A DNA stretch of 64,000 bases, from positions 842 to 64,841 of the forward strand of contig JBBIWA010000021.1 of NCBI GenBank assembly GCA_037439425.1, given 5' to 3'. A program made the translations under genes and the position numbers. Positions 59,073 to 64,000 of the stretch are shown here, piece after piece (the stretch's first letter is position 1; each line of letters begins with the position of its first letter). This DNA comes from Acidobacteriota bacterium. GTDB taxonomy: Bacteria > Acidobacteriota > Blastocatellia > RBC074. Below the pieces are notes generated by a model, which made no database searches, was not told the origin of the DNA, and was given only the letters and a program-made list of their open reading frames with translations.

Positions 59073-59873
59073 ATGGAATTTAAGCAAATTCTCTATGTGA
59101 AAGATGGTCACCTGGCAACGATCACTTTGAATCGGCCTGAAAAACTGAACGCTTACTCAGAAGTGATGGTGCACGAAATCATAGCCGCTCTGGCCGATGC
59201 GCGCGATGATGACCAGATTCGAGTAGCGATTATCACCGGAGCCGGGCGCGGCTTCTGTTCCGGTGGAGACATTTCACCAGACTTTCAGTATCCCGCTCGA
59301 TACCGCGGCCACCCCATGGAAGCTATGCTGGAGATGCGTGAGAACATGCACCAACTGGTGACCTTCTTGCGCCGCTTCGATAAACCAACGATTGCGGCCA
59401 TCAATGGACCAGCCGTAGCAGGCGGTTTGACTCTGGCTCTCTGTTGCGACTTTCGTATTGCCGCCGAGAGTGCTAGATTGGGCGACACCAGTTTGAAGTT
59501 TGCGCTGATTCCTGATGAAGGCGGTGCGTATTTGTTCCCGAAATATATGGGCCTGCAAAACGCGCTGAAGATGTCGCTCTTTTCCGAAGTCTACCCGGCA
59601 AGCCAGGCCAAGGAGCTGGGGCTGGTGACCGAGGTCGTCCCGGATGCGGAGTTGATGCCGACAGCGCGCCGCTGGGCTGAAAAATTAGCCGCTGGGCCGC
59701 CCATCGCTATCAGGGTCACCAAACGGATGATGTATAAGCAGCAGACGATGGATCTAGAGAATGCTCTGGAAGACGCCGCGCTGGCTGTGATGGTGACCAA
59801 CTATTGCGAAGATGTCAAAGAAGGCATCGCTGCCTTCCACGAGAAGCGCGCGCCGAAGTTTCAGGGCCGTTGA
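59073..59873 (+). CDS. Enoyl-CoA hydratase/isomerase family protein
   Basis: The sequence ..ATITLNRPEKLNAY......RVAIITGAGRGFCSGGDI.. and ..KPTIAAINGPAVAGG.. is the crotonase fold signature. The ATG at 59073 lies behind AGGAGG, and the track start at 58992 lies in the repeat array. Confidence 0.85.
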   Translation: MEFKQILYVKDGHLATITLNRPEKLNAYSEVMVHEIIAALADARDDDQIRVAIITGAGRGFCSGGDISPDFQYPARYRGHPMEAMLEMRENMHQLVTFLRRFDKPTIAAINGPAVAGGLTLALCCDFRIAAESARLGDTSLKFALIPDEGGAYLFPKYMGLQNALKMSLFSEVYPASQAKELGLVTEVVPDAELMPTARRWAEKLAAGPPIAIRVTKRMMYKQQTMDLENALEDAALAVMVTNYCEDVKEGIAAFHEKRAPKFQGR

Positions 59874-59900
59874 GAACCAACTTATCCTGAGGAAGACAAC

Positions 59901-60548
59901 ATGAAACTGAAAGCATTGCTGACAGCCGTCTTTACTTTCACGCTCCTCAGCTCAACTCAGGGGAGAGACAATTCATCGCTGGTACAAAAACAGGAGGAGG
60001 CGCGTATGACTGCCGAAGACCGGGCCAAAGTGGTCAAGCTGCTGCATGAGTCGGAAAAAGAGTTTTTCGAGATGATAGAGAATCTGAGCGAGGCTCAGTG
60101 GAAATACAAGCCAGCGCCAGAGCGCTGGTCAGTAGCCGAGGTGGCCGAGCACATTATCCTGGCAGAGAAGCTGCTGTTTGCCTCGGTGGAAAAGGCTCTG
60201 GCTGCGCCGCCCAATCCGGAGTGGCAGACTAAAACTGCCGGCAAGACCGAGTTTCTGGAGCGCGTCATGGTGAGCCGCGACCGCCGAGCACAAGCGCCCG
60301 AACAGATTCAGCCGCAGGGCAAGTGGACGCTCGCTGAAACGCTCAGCCGCTTCAAGGAAGTCCGCGCCAGAACCCTGAAATTCACCGAACAAACGGACCT
60401 GCCGCTGAAAGCGCACACGCTAGATCATCCGTTCCCGGTCTTTAGCACGCTGAATGCCTATCAGTGGTTGATTTATATCCCGCTGCATCATCTGCGCCAC
60501 AACCAGCAGATTGCCGAGGTTAAGGCTTCCACTGGCTTCCCCAAGTAG
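59901..60548 (+). CDS. DinB-family protein with signal peptide
   Basis: The sequence ..RWSVAEVAEHIILAE.. and ..IPLHHLRHNQQI.. shows the DinB-type His triad spacing. Confidence 0.65.
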   Translation: MKLKALLTAVFTFTLLSSTQGRDNSSLVQKQEEARMTAEDRAKVVKLLHESEKEFFEMIENLSEAQWKYKPAPERWSVAEVAEHIILAEKLLFASVEKALAAPPNPEWQTKTAGKTEFLERVMVSRDRRAQAPEQIQPQGKWTLAETLSRFKEVRARTLKFTEQTDLPLKAHTLDHPFPVFSTLNAYQWLIYIPLHHLRHNQQIAEVKASTGFPK

Positions 60549-60703
60549 CAGCGGCCAAATCGAGGTTTAAGGAAAGATTAATGAGAATCTTGGCCCATTT
60601 TGTCAGGCGCCGGAGTATAATAGCTACGCGTGCAAATTCTTTGACCGTCAGGTGTCCAGGATGAAGTAGATGAGCCATCCTGTTTTCGCAAGGAGAGAGG
60701 CAA

Positions 60704-61759
60704 ATGAGAGTAACCAATGCTAGTATCTATCTCCTCCTGAGCCTGGTGATCTTTATCACCCCGGCTCTGGCTCAAGACAAAAAACCGCTTTCCGAAAAAG
60801 AGAATCCAGAGCTCATCGGCAAGCGCAACATTAACAAACATCAGATCAATTTTTATTCGCTCGACAAAGAGGTCGCCATCGGCCGCCAGTTCGCAGAAGA
60901 GATCGACCGCTCGGCCAAGTTCGTTGAAGACCCCATCATCGTTGATTACATCAACAAGGTCGGCCAAAACCTCGTTCTCCATTCCGACGCCAAAGTTCCT
61001 TTTACGATCAAGGTCATTGACAGCGACGAAGTCAATGCCTTTGCTCTGCCCGGGGGATTTTTCTACGTCAACAAGGGATTGATTCTGACGGCTGACAATG
61101 AATCGGAGTTAGCTGGCCCGATGGCGCACGAGATCGCGCACGTGGCCGCCCGTCACGGTGTGGAGCAGGCTTCAAAGGGTCAGATCGTTAACTGGGGTTC
61201 GCTGCCATTGATCTTCATCGGCGGATGGGGTGGCTTCGGGATCCGCCAGGCAGCCGGATTATTGATCCCTATTGGCTTTCTCAAATTCTCGCGCGGGGCT
61301 GAAGAAGAAGCCGATATGCTGGCGGCGCAGTATATGTGGGCGGCGGGCTACGACCCGCACGCGCTGGTGACTTTCTTTGAAAAGTTGCAGGCCAAAGAGA
61401 AGAAGAAGCCGGGCACGATGGCCAAGATCTTCAGCACCCATCCTATAGTGGATGATCGGATCGAAAAGGTTAATGCCTTGATCGCGCGCTTCCCCGAACG
61501 CAGCGAATATACGATTAACACCTCCGAGTTCAATCAGGTGAAGGCGCGCTTGATTTCGCTGACCAATGCTCGCGCCAGCGTCAGTGGCCGTAGCGCGACG
61601 GCGGCCGATCAGGATTCAGATCGGCCTACCCTCAAGCGCCGCCAACCACCACCGCCGGGCGACCCCACGGCGGGCGAGAATAAGGAGCAGCCAACGGAAC
61701 GTCCGACGCTGCGCCGCGGTGAAGGCAGCGGGAAGAAACCAGAACCACCAAACCTGTAA
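60704..61759 (+). CDS. M48-family zinc metallopeptidase
   Basis: It has a signal peptide, the motif MAHEIAHVAARHG (HExxH) and ..EEEADMLAAQYM... The C-terminal tail is Pro/Arg-rich. Confidence 0.85.
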   Translation: MRVTNASIYLLLSLVIFITPALAQDKKPLSEKENPELIGKRNINKHQINFYSLDKEVAIGRQFAEEIDRSAKFVEDPIIVDYINKVGQNLVLHSDAKVPFTIKVIDSDEVNAFALPGGFFYVNKGLILTADNESELAGPMAHEIAHVAARHGVEQASKGQIVNWGSLPLIFIGGWGGFGIRQAAGLLIPIGFLKFSRGAEEEADMLAAQYMWAAGYDPHALVTFFEKLQAKEKKKPGTMAKIFSTHPIVDDRIEKVNALIARFPERSEYTINTSEFNQVKARLISLTNARASVSGRSATAADQDSDRPTLKRRQPPPPGDPTAGENKEQPTERPTLRRGEGSGKKPEPPNL

Positions 61760-61780
61760 CGCTCGCATCTTTCCTCCTGC

Positions 61781-61815
61781 AAAAAGGCAAGGTCCAAGAT
61801 GGCCTTGCCTTTTTG
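61781..61815 (+). terminator. Intrinsic terminator after the M48 peptidase gene (A-tract upstream, T-tract downstream)
   Basis: The sequence is AAAAAGGCAAGGTCC-AAGAT-GGCCTTGCCTTTTTG. Confidence 0.7.
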
Positions 61816-62187
61816 CCTCCCTTGGAAGGTCCCGAGGACGCACGCCTCTAGCCTGCCCAGGCTGCGGCGGGCCACTGTCAGAAAGTGACCAGGTGGGCTC
61901 GGTTCCTCTCAGGGTCGTGACCGCCGCTGCAAGCGCGCTCCCCAGCGTGCGCAGGCGGTTTTCGTCAGTCACTCTTTTAATCGCCCCCTCACTCGTCTCT
62001 TATACCTTATCACCGTTGCAATCCAAGCTAGCCTGAGTGTAACATTATCACCGCTTCACGTTTAGGCACTTATCACTTGAGTCACCTTTCAGATCCTTAA
62101 CCCAGGCGGCTGGTGTGTCTGACACCAAGGTCTACCCCGCAACCGAGGGACGGCACACTTTCTCGCTTCATTACAAGGAGGCAGCGC

Positions 62188-62670
62188 GTGAACATCTCTC
62201 TCACGATTAACGGCAAGAAATACGAGGCTGACGTCGAGCCGCGTCTGCTGCTAGTTCACTTCATTCGTGATCTGGCAGGGCTGACCGGCACGCACATCGG
62301 CTGTGAAACTTCAATCTGCGGCGCGTGTACTGTGTTGCTCGACGGTCAGGCAGTCAAATCCTGTACGCTGCTGGCAGTGCAGGCTGATGGCTGCGAGCTC
62401 ACCACGGTTGAAGGTCTGGCCGCTGATGGCCAACTGCATCCGGTGCAAGAGGGCTTCTGGGAGCATCACGCTTTGCAATGTGGTTACTGCACGCCCGGTA
62501 TGATCATGGCCTCTTGCGGTTTGCTCACTGCCAATCCCAATCCGAGCGAAGACGAGATTCGGCAAGGATTGGAAGGCAACCTCTGCCGCTGCACCGGCTA
62601 TCAGCACATCGTCGAAGCCGTCCAGTACGCGGCTGCTAAACTCAAGGCGCAGGGCGCTGCGGCTGACTGA
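62188..62670 (+). CDS. (2Fe-2S)-binding small subunit of a xanthine dehydrogenase / CO dehydrogenase family enzyme
   Basis: The motifs are [15 protein letters not shown] and [10 protein letters not shown], with CRCTGY downstream. The GTG at 62188 lies behind AAGGAGG. Confidence 0.85.
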   Translation: MNISLTINGKKYEADVEPRLLLVHFIRDLAGLTGTHIGCETSICGACTVLLDGQAVKSCTLLAVQADGCELTTVEGLAADGQLHPVQEGFWEHHALQCGYCTPGMIMASCGLLTANPNPSEDEIRQGLEGNLCRCTGYQHIVEAVQYAAAKLKAQGAAAD

Positions 62671-62690
62671 GCGAAAGGAGGCGTTCAACT

Positions 62691-64000
62691 ATGACTACAG
62701 ATGGAAAATATGTCGGTAAAGCAATCAAGCGCACCGAAGACCCGCGCCTGATTAAAGGCCTGGCTCACTACGTTGACGATATCAAACTCGCCGATACGTT
62801 TCACGTGGCATTCTTGCGCAGCCCGCACGCGCACGCACGCATCACCTCGATTGATGTTGCTGCGGCCAGAAACGCGCCGGGCGTGGTAGCGGTCTTCACC
62901 GGCAAAGACGTGGAAGGCAAAGTCGGTTTTGTTCCCTGCGCAGCAGCTTTGCCGGACCTCAAGGTTCCAAAGTATCCGGTGCTTGCTGGGAGTAAAGTCT
63001 TCTTCGTCGGTCAACCTATCGCTGCGGTCGTGGCGAGCGACAAATACAAGGCGCGCGATGCAGTTGATCTGATCAATGTGGACTATGATCCGCTCGAGGT
63101 CGTGGTCGATCCAGAAGCGGCAGCCCAAGCTGGCAGCCCCATCATTCACGAAGAGTTCGGCACCAACGTCGCCTATGTGCTCCAGTCCGGTCAGGGGGAT
63201 ATAGATGCGGCGTTCCAGCAGGCTGACCGTGTCGTCACGCAGCGCTTCGTCAATCAGCGGCTCGCGCCCATTGCGCTAGAGCCGCGCGGAGTGCTCGCCC
63301 AGTATCTGCCGGGCGAAGAGCAACTGACGGTCTGGACTTCAACTCAGATCCCGCACCTGCTCCGCACGCAGCTCGCCTTGATGCTCGGCCTGCCCGAAAA
63401 CAAAGTGCGCGTAGTCGCGCCTGAAGTCGGCGGCGGCTTCGGCAGTAAGCTCAACGTCTACGCTGAAGAAGCGTTGCTCGGCTTCATCTCGATGGTGCTC
63501 GCCCGCCCTGTCAAATGGATCGAGACGCGGCGCGAAAACGTTGCCGCTACGATTCAGGGCCGGGGCCAGGTTGGCGAGTTGCAAGCCGCAGTCAAAAACG
63601 ACGGTACGATCCTGGGATTGAAGTATACCGTCACGGCCGATCTGGGCGCGTATCATCAACTGCTCACGCCCGCGATTCCGACGCTGACAGGCTTGATGCT
63701 TTCAGGCGCGTACAAGATCCCAGCCATCTCGATGCACTGCACCGGAGTCTTTACTAACAAGATGGCGACCGATGCCTATCGCGGTGCAGGCCGCCCTGAA
63801 GCCACTTATATCATTGAGCGCATGCTGGATCGCATCGCGCAAGACTTGCAGATGGACCCGGTCGAAGTGCGGCGCAAGAACTTTCCGAAACCGAACGAAT
63901 TTCCGTTCGCGACCGCAACCGGGCTCTTTTACGACAGTGGCAACTACGAGGCAGCGCTCAATCGCGCGCTCGAAATGGTTGGTTACCAGAAGCTGCGGGA
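62691..64000 (+). CDS. Molybdopterin-binding large subunit (CoxL form II-like), 3'-truncated by window edge
   Basis: The frame is open from the ATG at 62691 (behind AAAGGAGG) to the end of the window, so it is not in the ORF track. The N-terminus reads ..GKAIKRTEDPRLIKG..FLRSPHAHARI.. and the active-site loop reads DAYRGAGRPEA. Confidence 0.85.
   Translation, partial: MTTDGKYVGKAIKRTEDPRLIKGLAHYVDDIKLADTFHVAFLRSPHAHARITSIDVAAARNAPGVVAVFTGKDVEGKVGFVPCAAALPDLKVPKYPVLAGSKVFFVGQPIAAVVASDKYKARDAVDLINVDYDPLEVVVDPEAAAQAGSPIIHEEFGTNVAYVLQSGQGDIDAAFQQADRVVTQRFVNQRLAPIALEPRGVLAQYLPGEEQLTVWTSTQIPHLLRTQLALMLGLPENKVRVVAPEVGGGFGSKLNVYAEEALLGFISMVLARPVKWIETRRENVAATIQGRGQVGELQAAVKNDGTILGLKYTVTADLGAYHQLLTPAIPTLTGLMLSGAYKIPAISMHCTGVFTNKMATDAYRGAGRPEATYIIERMLDRIAQDLQMDPVEVRRKNFPKPNEFPFATATGLFYDSGNYEAALNRALEMVGYQKLR

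Noticed and set aside
60600-60640. Perfect TATAAT hexamer upstream of the M48 gene as a promoter -10 box.
   Set aside because: No acceptable -35 hexamer lies at 16-18 nt spacing, and promoter consensus in this lineage is uncertain. The evidence is too weak to annotate.
61566-62036. 156-aa plus ORF and 118-aa minus ORF spanning the M48 gene end and the intergenic region.
   Set aside because: They overlap the M48 coding frame and run across a strong intrinsic terminator. Their composition is Arg/Pro-rich and reflects the wrong frame.

Overview
This 64-kb chromosomal segment looks acidobacterial. That is an inference from a 1181-aa TonB-dependent receptor with a carboxypeptidase-regulatory-like domain, two 'acidobacterial VWFA'-type paralogues, and overall gene content. 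No database search was possible. Order of content: (1) the 3' part of an ETF-ubiquinone oxidoreductase gene. (2) About 870 nt of non-coding DNA carrying repeat elements. (3) A complete Tad/Flp pilus locus: two flp genes under 60 aa that are absent from the ORF track, cpaA, two tadE-like genes, cpaB, cpaC, a tadG-like gene, cpaE/tadZ, cpaF/tadA, tadB and tadC. It is followed by a small TM protein, DUF192, a GT-C-like membrane protein, a TPR protein, a secreted tandem-domain protein and a vWA protein. (4) The TonB-dependent receptor. (5) A solitary MazF/PemK toxin in a long non-coding gap. (6) A ~17-kb exopolysaccharide-type locus with a Wzx-like flippase, a Wzy/O-antigen-ligase-like protein, vWA, an OmpA-like coiled-coil protein, a GT4-polysaccharide deacetylase fusion, a WecG/TagA GT26, three CelD/FemAB-like GNAT paralogues, a DegT aminotransferase and a GT2. 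(7) AlaX-L, an IS630 transposase remnant, a glycine-zipper protein, hutU, yacG, three tandem TlpA-like redoxins and pyk. (8) A Lol-like ABC operon and two GT-C-type membrane proteins. (9) Decayed hsdR and AAA-ATPase remnants. (10) A crotonase, a DinB-family protein, an M48 peptidase and coxS/coxL-like genes, with coxL open at the window end. I recognised no rRNA, tRNA or CRISPR array. The most unusual material is non-coding. It includes a modular family of GC-rich palindromic repeats (GCACGC-N6-GCGTGC hairpins) that often sit directly in front of start codons, a 230-nt element bounded by inverted repeats upstream of flp, a 140-nt perfect-stem hairpin, and a 382-bp nested-palindrome element upstream of pyk. 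All product calls rest on motifs read by eye from the translations.
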